From an uncultured Verrucomicrobiae bacterium (GTDB lineage: Bacteria; Verrucomicrobiota; Verrucomicrobiia; Chthoniobacterales; UBA10450), in assembly GCA_963782205.1 (NCBI GenBank), contig CAWAIY010000007.1:43690-107689 (forward strand): a stretch of 64,000 nucleotides of DNA, written 5' to 3'. A program made the translations under genes and the position numbers. Positions 1-8,671 of the stretch are shown here, in pieces; the stretch's first letter is position 1; every line of letters begins with the position of its first letter. The notes under the pieces were generated by a model. That model made no database searches. It had not been told where the DNA came from and saw only the letters and a list, made by a program, of their open reading frames with translations.

Positions 1-364
1 TCTCTCCACCCAACGGTGCGAAAGTATAAGGATCCTCCTCCCACGCCGCGGCTTCCTCGGGGAACTTCTCTTCCACCTCGCGGCGGGTCATTTGCTCCCA
101 GCGCCCGTGCGAGATTTCGCGCAGGCCGTCGCGCTTCTCGACCTCCAGCCTGTGCGGAGCGGCGATGATGCGCGCTGTCTCGACCGTTCGTCCGAGCGGC
201 GAGGCATAAACCGCCGCCACCTCTTCGGTGCTCAACCGTTCGCCGAGGAGCCGCGCCTGTTCCCGGCCTTCCTCGGAAAGCTCCACATCGGTCGCCCCAG
301 CGAAACGATCTTCGGCCGTCAGGACCGTTGCTCCGTGCCGAATCAAAAAAACGCGCGTGCTCAT
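1..364 (-). CDS. histidine phosphatase family protein (phosphoglycerate-mutase-like); 3' end cut by window edge
   Basis: My own translation of the minus strand from the ATG at 364..362 gives MSTRVFLIRHGATVLTAEDRFAGATDVELSEEGREQARLLGERL..., which contains the RHG motif of the histidine phosphatase superfamily. It is absent from the ORF track because no stop lies inside the window. Confidence 0.8.
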   Translation of the reverse strand, partial: MSTRVFLIRHGATVLTAEDRFAGATDVELSEEGREQARLLGERLSTEEVAAVYASPLGRTVETARIIAAPHRLEVEKRDGLREISHGRWEQMTRREVEEKFPEEAAAWEEDPYTFAPLGGE

Positions 365-477
365 CCGGGGAGAATAAGCGGCCGAGCCGGAAGGGAAAGT
401 CCTCAGCCAAGCCCAACTGCCGATTCCTCAGCGCAATACCAACTGCCAAACACCGGTGTGCTAGCCTCCTCGCCCTG

Positions 478-500
478 GTTCCCAAACCCAGTTTGGGAAC
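478..500. repeat. perfect 9-bp-stem hairpin GTTCCCAAA-cccag-TTTGGGAAC (REP-like palindrome) in intergenic DNA
   Basis: Read directly from the sequence. No T-tract follows on either strand, so it is not a classical intrinsic terminator. Confidence 0.6.
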
Positions 501-513
501 GCGCTTGTCTTCG

Positions 514-551
514 CCGTAACGCCGCCCATAGGGCGAGGCCGGGCTTTCCAA
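514..551. repeat. dispersed intergenic repeat, copy 1 (CCGTAACGC-N10-GCGAGGCCGGGCTTTCCAA)
   Basis: The same 9-mer, 10-nt spacer and 19-mer recur at 62561..62598 in the same orientation. Confidence 0.6.
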
Positions 552-654
552 CTCCGTTTCTTTGCTCTACTGCCACGCCTTGCAGCGCAGGACCGGTTGC
601 GCTCCGCCGATCCATTCGGGGGCGGACGAGTAGTGCCAATGCTCAGAGGACGAG

Positions 655-2025
655 CTACTGCGCTGCCGGTGAAGGCGAGCCCGGTGGCGGTTGCGGCGGC
701 GGGCCAGTTTGCAAAGGCGAGATCTCGGTTCCTTTGCGTGTCGCGACGATGAGGGTCGATTGCCGGCCACTCCAGCGATAGCCGATGCCAAACCCGAGCG
801 GTGCCGGATTGCTTTGCTGGTAAAGGCCAAGCAACTGCGGCTGGGCGTATTTCTTGAAGATTTCGATCGGGCCCGCGTAGGCGCCGAAGAAACGCAACGA
901 CCATTTGGCCTGGTCGAAGGCGCTAATCGGGATGCCGGAATCGTCCTGAATGATGGCCTTGCTATGGTCGAGGAGAAAATCGCGCACCGCGCTAAACCCG
1001 TTCTCGAACATCAAATACGAGGCCGATTTAAGCAGGCTCGCGCCAGTGCCCTGTGCCGCGCAGAACTTTAAGAAGCCGGGCTGGCTGCGAATACCTTCGT
1101 TGGAGAGATCGGTCGTAAAATAATAAAGCGTCTGCGTCGGTGCGTCGGGGGCGCCGGTAAAGGTGATGCGAACTCCAGGGGTGAGCCCTTTGCTTTTCTC
1201 GTTAGGTGAGGTCTGGTGCGGCTGGCCGCTTTTGTCGAGGGTGACGAAGCTGACGTCGGTGATGGTCTTCCCGGCGCGCGCGAGAAAAACATAGAAAATC
1301 GGGAGCGTGCCCTTGAGTTGCTCCTTTTCCAGATCGGTTTTCATCTCCCTGGTGATGAAAAACGAGAAGCTCAAGACGCTGTTGAGCGATTTCTGAAGAC
1401 TCTCGAGAACGGAATCGAGCGCCGGACCGCCGAAACGCGTCGCGTCCGGCAACGGACCGATTGGTTCGGTGCCGGCGAGAATGTATGTGCCCGCGTTCGG
1501 GAAAAACTGATTCGCGTAGAGAAAATCCGGGCCGCTAAACATGTAAAAGATAGTCGGGAGCGGCTGGGTCGCGTCCGGCAGGTAGTTCACCTCCCACTCG
1601 CGGATGCCGGTGAATTGGCGCGCGGCAAGCTTGGCCCAAGCCTGATCGAAAAAGGTGGCGTGCTCCTGCCAGATTTTCGTCTGCTCGAGCGGAACGAGTG
1701 ATGAGCTTTCCGAGACTGCCATCCCAGCGAGGAAACGGGCCGTGTCGTTGACCGAAGCGGGCCCGACGGCCACCGGCGGCATCACTTCGCCTGGGGCGGT
1801 GGGAGCGCCGGGCGCGATTTCGGTCGCGGGCGTTTGGGCGACTGACGGATTGCCTGGAGATGCCTCGGGATTCGGCGCGGCCGGCGAAACGCCAACGGCC
1901 GGTGTCTCGGCGACCGGTGGATTTATCGGGATGGCGCGACGCACTTCCTGCGCCTCGACTGCGAGGCCGACCAGGCAACTGCAGAAAAGCACAAGCCTCA
2001 CCATTCGTGTTGGAGAAGATTTCAC
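655..2025 (-). CDS. hypothetical secreted protein with N-terminal signal peptide and Pro/Ala-rich linker
   Basis: 456-aa ORF. The N-terminus MKSSPTRMVRLVLFCSCLVGLAVEAQ looks like a signal peptide, and the coding-like composition holds throughout. I recognise no family with certainty. Confidence 0.6.
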   Translation of the reverse strand: MKSSPTRMVRLVLFCSCLVGLAVEAQEVRRAIPINPPVAETPAVGVSPAAPNPEASPGNPSVAQTPATEIAPGAPTAPGEVMPPVAVGPASVNDTARFLAGMAVSESSSLVPLEQTKIWQEHATFFDQAWAKLAARQFTGIREWEVNYLPDATQPLPTIFYMFSGPDFLYANQFFPNAGTYILAGTEPIGPLPDATRFGGPALDSVLESLQKSLNSVLSFSFFITREMKTDLEKEQLKGTLPIFYVFLARAGKTITDVSFVTLDKSGQPHQTSPNEKSKGLTPGVRITFTGAPDAPTQTLYYFTTDLSNEGIRSQPGFLKFCAAQGTGASLLKSASYLMFENGFSAVRDFLLDHSKAIIQDDSGIPISAFDQAKWSLRFFGAYAGPIEIFKKYAQPQLLGLYQQSNPAPLGFGIGYRWSGRQSTLIVATRKGTEISPLQTGPPPQPPPGSPSPAAQ

Positions 2026-2055
2026 GGTTTGAGATTGGGCTAGGGGCGGCCGCGC

Positions 2056-2838
2056 CTAACCAGACATTCCCGCGACGGCATTCGGTGCCGCTTCGCGTGC
2101 CACCCGGCGGCGCAAGTTCACGACTTCTGCGAACATGCGCAAACTGTCGCGCACAATATGCACTTTGCTTCCCTCGCGATGATCCCAGCGCACCGGCAGC
2201 TCCACCATGCGCAGGCCGGCACGCTGCGCGAGAAAAAGCAATTCCACGTCAAATCCGAAACCATCGATTTGTGCGCGCTCGAGGATGGGACGGGCAGCTT
2301 CCATCCGGAAAGCTTTGAAACCACACTGGGTGTCGGAGAAAGGAAGGCCGGTCGTCAGGCGAACGAGCGCGTTAAAGACCTTGCCTCCCTGCTCGCGTCG
2401 CCAGGGCTGGCGATGGCCGATAAGGCTGCGATCGAGGGCACGCGAGCCGAGAACAATGTCGTAATCGCCCGCCTCGATCGGCTCGACGATCTTCGGCATT
2501 TCCGTGATCGGTGTCGACAGGTCGGCGTCGGAAAAGAGCGCGATCGGCGCCTGCGCGGCGAGCAGACCGGTGCGAACCGCGTGGCCTTTACCGCGGTTTT
2601 TGGTGGCGCGCAAAACGCGCGCCGTGACATCAGGCAGCCGCGCGAAAAGTCCCTCTGCCACTTCCGCTGTGCCATCGGTAGAACCGTCATCCACCACGAT
2701 CAATTCCGCTTCCGGACGGAAGGCCTGCAGATAACTCAGGAGGGTGAGCAGGTTGTCGGTCAGACGCCGGGCTTCGTTGAAGGCCGGAACGATAACAGCG
2801 AGGGCGGGCTGGTTCATGCCTGACGAATACCTATCCAA
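2056..2838 (-). CDS. family 2 glycosyltransferase (dolichyl/polyprenyl-phosphate glycosyltransferase-like)
   Basis: The protein contains LAVIVPAFNEARRL...VVDDGSTDGT...DADL, typical of GT2. An alternative start at 2817 (MNQPAL) is possible. Confidence 0.85.
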   Translation of the reverse strand: MDRYSSGMNQPALAVIVPAFNEARRLTDNLLTLLSYLQAFRPEAELIVVDDGSTDGTAEVAEGLFARLPDVTARVLRATKNRGKGHAVRTGLLAAQAPIALFSDADLSTPITEMPKIVEPIEAGDYDIVLGSRALDRSLIGHRQPWRREQGGKVFNALVRLTTGLPFSDTQCGFKAFRMEAARPILERAQIDGFGFDVELLFLAQRAGLRMVELPVRWDHREGSKVHIVRDSLRMFAEVVNLRRRVAREAAPNAVAGMSG

Positions 2839-3997
2839 TCGCGCCGAAGGCCAGTCCGAGCCCGTAGGTCACGATCGCCTCGATCACGCCCACTATCGTC
2901 ATTTCCAAACCCGAGGCCCACCAGGAGCGAATGGTGATGAGCGATTTGATCGCGCCAACCGCGAAGTGCGCCACGATGCTGATGACAAAAGCCGCGATGA
3001 CCGCCGGGAACCCGCTCATGAAAAAGAACGGAACGATCGGAATGAATGCGCCGACCGCGGTGGAGAGCGCGGCGGAAAAGGCCGAAGTCCATTGGTTGGG
3101 AAAATTATGCTGGGAAAGACCCAGCTCGCTTTGTGCCATCGCCTGCACCATCTGCTCGGGCTGCTGCGCCAGCCGCTCCGCCATGCGTTGCGATTCCTCC
3201 GGGGCAAATCCCTGCAACTGATAAAAGAGCGCCATCTCCTCGATTTCCTCCTCGGGATTTTCATCGACCTCGGCTTTCTCGCGCGCAATCTCGGCCTCGT
3301 AGATTTCGCGCTCGCTCTTGTTTGCGAGGTAGGCGCCGGCGCCCATCGAAAGTGACGAGGCAAGCATGCCGGCAAGTCCCGCGATGAGAATGTAATGCTG
3401 CTGGTTGTCGGTTGCGCCGGCCACGCCGGAAACGATCCCGAAGACCGCGCCGAGCCCGTCGTTCACGCCGTAGATCGCGTCCGCCACCCAACCGCCGCCG
3501 CGACCATGCCAGCGTTCGCGTTTCAGAATGGTGTCGAGCACGCTTTTTGGGCCTAACGACGAGGGCGTTGCGCTCATCGTGTTCAAAATTCGCGAGTGCG
3601 CCTTTTCCTCGAGCGCGGTCTGGCGAAGAAATTCCTGCTCTTCATCGTTGCCAGCCAGCTCGCTCTGGCTTTGTGCCTGGTAACGCTCCTTGTCGCGATC
3701 TTCCGCGGCTTCCATCCGGCGGATCGCCACCTCCGCGCCGGCTGCGCGCGTCCACCAGCGATTAAGGCGCCGGCGCCAATCATTCCTCAAGACCGGCGGC
3801 GCGGCCCCGAGCTCATGCAACTTGTTTTCCCAGCGGACCGCGTGGCGTTCCTCCGCTTCCGCCATTCGAAGCAAAATGCCGCGGCGCTTTTCATCCAGCT
3901 CATTCGCGGCCAGGGCGCGGTAAACCAGCGCGGTTTCGCGTTCCGCGCGCCAATTGGCCTGGAGCGCTTCGACCGCTTTGACGTTATCCGGCTTCAT
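2831..3997 (-). CDS. VIT1/CCC1-family iron/manganese transporter with N-terminal ferritin-like (rubrerythrin-like) domain
   Basis: N-terminal ERETALVYRALA...AEAEERHAVRW resembles the ferritin-like fold. The C-terminal part is a multi-TM region with GVNDGLGAVFGIVSGV, typical of VIT1. Confidence 0.85.
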   Translation of the reverse strand: MKPDNVKAVEALQANWRAERETALVYRALAANELDEKRRGILLRMAEAEERHAVRWENKLHELGAAPPVLRNDWRRRLNRWWTRAAGAEVAIRRMEAAEDRDKERYQAQSQSELAGNDEEQEFLRQTALEEKAHSRILNTMSATPSSLGPKSVLDTILKRERWHGRGGGWVADAIYGVNDGLGAVFGIVSGVAGATDNQQHYILIAGLAGMLASSLSMGAGAYLANKSEREIYEAEIAREKAEVDENPEEEIEEMALFYQLQGFAPEESQRMAERLAQQPEQMVQAMAQSELGLSQHNFPNQWTSAFSAALSTAVGAFIPIVPFFFMSGFPAVIAAFVISIVAHFAVGAIKSLITIRSWWASGLEMTIVGVIEAIVTYGLGLAFGAIG

Positions 3998-4021
3998 CTC
4001 GCTGTGCTCTTTTAGCGGGTT

Positions 4022-5008
4022 TCATCTCACTTGCGCAACCGCTGTCGCAGGGGTGGCGACGTTTTTTCGTTTCATCTGCCCGGCGGTGATAACAAGGGCG
4101 ACCGATCCAATAATGATGACCGCAGCCACGGCGGTGCGACCCGTCAATGCTTCACCGGCAAAAAGAGCCCCGAGCAGGACAGCCACGACCGGGTTGACGT
4201 AGGCGTAGGTTGCGACCTTCGCCGGATCGCAGTGGCGCAGCAACCAAATGTAGGCGGTGTAACCGACGACCGCGCCGATGAGGACGAGGTAGACAAACGC
4301 CCCTAACGATAAGGCGGTTATCTTTTCCAGATGAAGATCGCGCGCTTCGCCGCTCATTAGACCGGCGATGATCATCAAGGCGCCACCGCAAAGCATGGTT
4401 TGCGCGGAGGAGAGAAAAGGCGGTGCCGAGGTGCGGGCGTGGCGCGAATAGAGCGAACCGATCGACCAACCTAACGAGCCGAGGAGCAGAACCAGCATCC
4501 CGAGGCCAACGTGCTTTCCGCTTCCGCCCAGAGAACCGGCCAGGGCCGGACCAACCAAAATTCCCACTCCGACAAATCCACCGGCAAGTCCAAGCATGAC
4601 AAGCGGTCCTGGCCTTGGAGCGGAGCCGCTCAGCGAGGCGAGGAGCGCAATGTAGATCGGCACCGTTGCGACAAGGAGAGAAGCGAGGCCTGAGGCGACC
4701 CATTGCTCGGCGATCGTCACGCTACCGTTCCCGAGGAGGAGAAGACAGCCACCGACCACAAAAGCCGTGCGCCACTCGGCGAGGGAAGATTTCGTCGAGC
4801 CCTGCCAGCGCGCGATTCCGTACATGATGACTCCAGCGCAGGTGAAACGCGCGCCCGCCATGAGCAGGGGCGGGATCGATTGAATCGCCAACAGAATCCC
4901 GAGATAGGTGGACCCCCAGATGAGGTAAAGAGCGGCGAAAGCCGCGATGATCGCGAGTTTGCGCGGGGCGTGGGCCGGCTCGCTCACGAAAAGCGATCTT
5001 CCGTCCAC
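4022..5008 (-). CDS. EamA/DMT-family transporter
   Basis: Ten-TM-like hydrophobic profile with a duplicated EamA-like architecture (IWGSTYL...). Confidence 0.85.
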   Translation of the reverse strand: MDGRSLFVSEPAHAPRKLAIIAAFAALYLIWGSTYLGILLAIQSIPPLLMAGARFTCAGVIMYGIARWQGSTKSSLAEWRTAFVVGGCLLLLGNGSVTIAEQWVASGLASLLVATVPIYIALLASLSGSAPRPGPLVMLGLAGGFVGVGILVGPALAGSLGGSGKHVGLGMLVLLLGSLGWSIGSLYSRHARTSAPPFLSSAQTMLCGGALMIIAGLMSGEARDLHLEKITALSLGAFVYLVLIGAVVGYTAYIWLLRHCDPAKVATYAYVNPVVAVLLGALFAGEALTGRTAVAAVIIIGSVALVITAGQMKRKNVATPATAVAQVR

Positions 5009-5625
5009 GGGTCGGCGGTGTTGCTGTAACCGCGCACCTCCCAGAAGCCGAGCTTGTCCTCGGCCGAGAACTCGATTTGCCTGACGAACTTGGCGCCTTT
5101 CCAGGCGTAGAGTTTGGGGATGATGACGCGAGCCGGGCCGCCGTGCTCACGCGTGATCGGTTTGCCGTCGAATTGGGTCGCGATCAGGACGTCATCATCG
5201 AGGCAGTCGGAGAGACGGACGTTGGTCGAATAACCGTCGTAGCTCGTGAAGAGAACATGTTGTACTTCCGGTTTTGGCCGGACGAGATCGACGAGGGTGA
5301 AGAAGGCCACGCCCGTCCAGCGGCAGTCGAATTTGCTCCAGGTCGTGACGCAGTGGAAATCGCTCACGTCTTCAAATTGCGGGAGGGCGTTGAACTGTTC
5401 CCAGTCGAGCGTTTGTGGATTCTCGACCCGGCCGCCAACCTCGAGGCGCCATTCGCCTAACGAGATCTCGGGGCGAAGACCGAGGTCGAGGACGGGAAAG
5501 CCGGGCGTGAGATGCTGGCCCGGTGGCAGCCGGTCCTGGGAGCGCACGGCGGGTTTCGCTTTCCCGCTCATCTTGCGGGCCCACCGTTCCTTGCGTTCGG
5601 TCAGGCTGGAATTGGACGCCGCCAT
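4984..5625 (-). CDS. sulfite-oxidase-like molybdopterin-binding oxidoreductase
   Basis: The protein contains DFHCVTTWSKFDCRWTGV...GGPARVIIPKLYAWKGAKFV, typical of the Oxidored_molyb domain. Confidence 0.85.
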   Translation of the reverse strand: MAASNSSLTERKERWARKMSGKAKPAVRSQDRLPPGQHLTPGFPVLDLGLRPEISLGEWRLEVGGRVENPQTLDWEQFNALPQFEDVSDFHCVTTWSKFDCRWTGVAFFTLVDLVRPKPEVQHVLFTSYDGYSTNVRLSDCLDDDVLIATQFDGKPITREHGGPARVIIPKLYAWKGAKFVRQIEFSAEDKLGFWEVRGYSNTADPWTEDRFS

Positions 5626-5662
5626 GAGAAGTCGTTAGGCCGCGGCCGAATTAGCCCCCCGG

Positions 5663-6451
5663 CTAGAGCGACTGCGCTTTGATCTGGCGGATGGCGTCGC
5701 GCAACTCCGCAGCGCGTTCATAGCGTTCGCCGGCGATGGCGCGTTCCATTTCACGCTCCATCACCTCCAGTTTCGAAAGCGGACGCTTCGCGCGCACTTC
5801 TTCGAGCCATTCATCGAGGAACGCGATCTCTGAACTCTTCGCTTCCAGCTCTGGAAAGGCGGATTGCTGAAAAAATTCGACGATCCGTTCACGGCCTTTT
5901 TCGATTTCGCGGATGGCCTCGCCAAATTTGCCCTCGGCCAGCAAGATCGAAACCCGCGCCCGGGTATTCATCATCAGGACATAGGGGCGGAACTGTTGGA
6001 AACTCCAGACCACGTCCTCCCGCTGGCTGTGTTCATCAACGAAGGTGAAGAGGTCGAGGTTGCGCTGCGTGTCGCGGATGACGCCTTCGAATTCGTCGAT
6101 CTGGAACAGACTGAGATAGCGGTGGTAATATTGAATCCCTTCCTGCTGCAACTCGCTGCATTGCTCGGGCGTGAGCTCGTAATCTTCCCCTCGTTCCGCG
6201 GCGCGAACCGCGCGGCGCTGATGATAAACCAGGTACGATTCACAGTTATGCGGGCGCTGCCCGTCGGGCCGGCCTTCCATTTCCATCTGGAGCAGGCCGA
6301 GATCGATCCGGAGCTGAAGTTTTTCGCGGCCATCGAGACCCGGCACTTTGCGGACTTTGATCGCGCCGGGTTCGTGTGGCCACTCTTTCAGGAGGCTGTT
6401 CAAGTCGAGGCTCATCGCAAGAAACAATCGAGTCCGCGTTTGCTTTGTCAA
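5663..6451 (-). CDS. UvrB/UvrC-motif (UVR domain) containing protein
   Basis: The C-terminus AIAGERYERAAELRDAIRQIK is a UVR motif. The remainder is helical and TPR-like. Confidence 0.7.
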   Translation of the reverse strand: MTKQTRTRLFLAMSLDLNSLLKEWPHEPGAIKVRKVPGLDGREKLQLRIDLGLLQMEMEGRPDGQRPHNCESYLVYHQRRAVRAAERGEDYELTPEQCSELQQEGIQYYHRYLSLFQIDEFEGVIRDTQRNLDLFTFVDEHSQREDVVWSFQQFRPYVLMMNTRARVSILLAEGKFGEAIREIEKGRERIVEFFQQSAFPELEAKSSEIAFLDEWLEEVRAKRPLSKLEVMEREMERAIAGERYERAAELRDAIRQIKAQSL

Positions 6452-6520
6452 CGCGCGCGGGAGGCGGCGTGAGCTTCCAGCTTGCGCAGAGGCGCGGGCA
6501 GGCTTGAAGCTTGCGTTGTT

Positions 6521-7411
6521 ATGGAAAACGAGATCGACGCGTTCATCCGCTATCTCGCGGTGGAGCGCGGTCTTTCGGAAAATTATCAGCTCTCGACCCA
6601 GCGATCGTTAGGCGAATTCGCCATCTGGTGCGCGCAACGAAAACAGATCTCGCGCGCCCGCGAAGTCGGGCTGCCACTGGTCAGCGAATATCTGGCGGAA
6701 CGCAAACGCGGCGGCCTTTCTGCGTCCTCGATCAAGTTGATCGTGGTCGCGCTGAAAATCTTCTTTCGTTTTGCGACCGGGCAGGGATTCGTGGCAAAGG
6801 ATCCGACCGATTCGCTGATGCTGCCGCGGATCGAGCGTTACCTGCCGGAAACGCTGAATGAGTTGCAGGTCGAGCAATTGCTCGAAAGTGTGGACGAGAA
6901 AGCGCCGCTTGGTTTGCGCGATCGCGCCATGCTGGAGCTGCTCTACGCCAGCGGGCTGCGCATTTCCGAGCTGGCCGGCGCGAAGCTGGAAGACCTCAAT
7001 CTCGAAGAAGGCGTGGTGCGCGTGACGGGGAAAGGAAACAAGACGCGGCTCGTACCGGTCGGGCGCAAGGCCTGCGCGGCGCTCGCCGTCTATCTCGAGC
7101 GGGAGCGCCCGCGACTTGTCAGGCGCCGCAGCGGGAGCGAAGTTTTCCTCTCCAACCGCGGCGGTCGCCTGACGACCGTGCGGATCTGGCAGATCGTGAA
7201 AGCTGTGGCGCGGCGTTCGGGCCTGGAGGCGAATGTGTATCCACATTTGCTGCGGCACAGTTTTGCCACCCATTTGTTAGGCAATGGCGCCGACCTGCGC
7301 ATCATCCAGGAAATGCTCGGGCACGCCGACATTTCGACAACGCAGGTATACACGCACGTCGACCAGCAGCGCTTAAAGGCGGTGCATCACAAATTCCACC
7401 CTCGCGCCTGA
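6521..7411 (+). CDS. tyrosine site-specific recombinase, XerC/XerD type
   Basis: N-terminal SAM-like domain (IDAFIRYLAVERGLSENY) and a catalytic region with ...LRHSFATHLL...LGHADISTTQVYTHV. The ORF track extends to 6482, but the ATG at 6521 (MENEID) is the more likely start. Confidence 0.9.
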   Translation: MENEIDAFIRYLAVERGLSENYQLSTQRSLGEFAIWCAQRKQISRAREVGLPLVSEYLAERKRGGLSASSIKLIVVALKIFFRFATGQGFVAKDPTDSLMLPRIERYLPETLNELQVEQLLESVDEKAPLGLRDRAMLELLYASGLRISELAGAKLEDLNLEEGVVRVTGKGNKTRLVPVGRKACAALAVYLERERPRLVRRRSGSEVFLSNRGGRLTTVRIWQIVKAVARRSGLEANVYPHLLRHSFATHLLGNGADLRIIQEMLGHADISTTQVYTHVDQQRLKAVHHKFHPRA

Positions 7412-7419
7412 CGAATCCG

Positions 7420-8634
7420 CTATCTGCAAAAAAGCGCGATGGACGCGGTATAGCCGTGCAGATAGCTGGCACGACCGATCGGACCGATTTCGCCGTTGCA
7501 GAAGAAACCGGCGCTCGGCGCCGGACCGAAAATTTCCGCAAGGGTCGCGGCATCGTGATCCGGCACGCCGAAGAAGCGCTGGCCGCGGCCGTTGCAGGAA
7601 AAGACGAGCGAAGCGAACGGTTCGCAGCCCCGGAGCCCGTTGATTTTTGCCAACTCCATCAGGTCGGCGTGAGCGGTGATCTTGTCCCGCAGTTGGTATT
7701 GCAAGGTTTGCCCGGTTCGGACGCGTGCGCCGATCGCGACCGCGCCGGTTTGCGGATCTGCGCCCAACAGGTTGCGGACCAGAAAATCGCCGCGTTTTAA
7801 ATCGGCGACGTATTCCGATGCGGCCAGACCGGCGAAGAGATTGCCACGGGCGCGTTCTTTTTCCTGGTCGGATAAGCCGTTGAAGGTCTCGCTCAGGACC
7901 TGGTAGGCGGGGCGCGAACCAAGGGTGTAGACGAGGTTTTCCTCCGCCTGCGTAATGGTGAACGGCTCGCCCACCGGCTTGCAACCCTGGCTCACGATGG
8001 TGCGAATCTTTGCGCCCTTGACCGCGAGGGCTACGACAGCAGCATCGACGACTCTGCCATCGAGGAGCAGGCCGTTCTCGCCGCTGCCGTCGATTCCGCT
8101 GACAAGCCCGCCGATGCTGGGCGCTTCGGGAAAAGCCACATTCCATTCCGCCAGCCAGCGCTCGAGTTCCGGAACAAAAGGGTTGCCCAACACAACCCAA
8201 GAATCGACCTCATCCGGACCGAGGCCAGTCTCCATCTGCCAGTAGGCAGGCCCGGTTGATTCTCCAATCTGTTTATTGGAAATCAAAACCGGGGTCAGTT
8301 TTGCCTCCGGGAGGCTAACGAGCAGCAGTGACATCCCAGCCGCGCCTTCCACTTCCCGGCCGACGCCGATGAGGCCGCCACCGACCGATCCGACCAAAAG
8401 CGGGATGCGGGCATGCAGCCTAACGAGATCGAGCACTTCATGAATCTGCGGAAGCCAGCTGGCGGAGAGAAAAAGGAAACCGCAGGTGGGCGGGCCGCCG
8501 CATTCAGCGAGAGCCTGCTCGGCCGCGCCGATGACCGCGCTTTCCCGGAAACTGCCCAGAACGAGCCGGGACCCTGCGCATGATGCCATGCAGGGAGATC
8601 GTCGATGCGGGGCAAAAAGTCGAGTGCGCTCCAC
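7420..8634 (-). CDS. FIST-domain signal transduction protein
   Basis: The length and motifs (FLFLSASW..., ...FFCNGEIGP) match the FIST_N/FIST_C architecture. Confidence 0.8.
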   Translation of the reverse strand: MERTRLFAPHRRSPCMASCAGSRLVLGSFRESAVIGAAEQALAECGGPPTCGFLFLSASWLPQIHEVLDLVRLHARIPLLVGSVGGGLIGVGREVEGAAGMSLLLVSLPEAKLTPVLISNKQIGESTGPAYWQMETGLGPDEVDSWVVLGNPFVPELERWLAEWNVAFPEAPSIGGLVSGIDGSGENGLLLDGRVVDAAVVALAVKGAKIRTIVSQGCKPVGEPFTITQAEENLVYTLGSRPAYQVLSETFNGLSDQEKERARGNLFAGLAASEYVADLKRGDFLVRNLLGADPQTGAVAIGARVRTGQTLQYQLRDKITAHADLMELAKINGLRGCEPFASLVFSCNGRGQRFFGVPDHDAATLAEIFGPAPSAGFFCNGEIGPIGRASYLHGYTASIALFCR

Positions 8635-8671
8635 GACTCGCGGTGGGCAAATTTGATGCGAGACTTCGCCG

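Noticed and set aside
6521-7411. XerC/D recombinase as the integrase of the 10.5-13.7 kb island
   Set aside because: The island has its own DDE transposase, terminal inverted repeats and an 8-bp target duplication. The recombinase lies 3 kb away among host-composition genes and looks like the housekeeping dimer-resolution enzyme.
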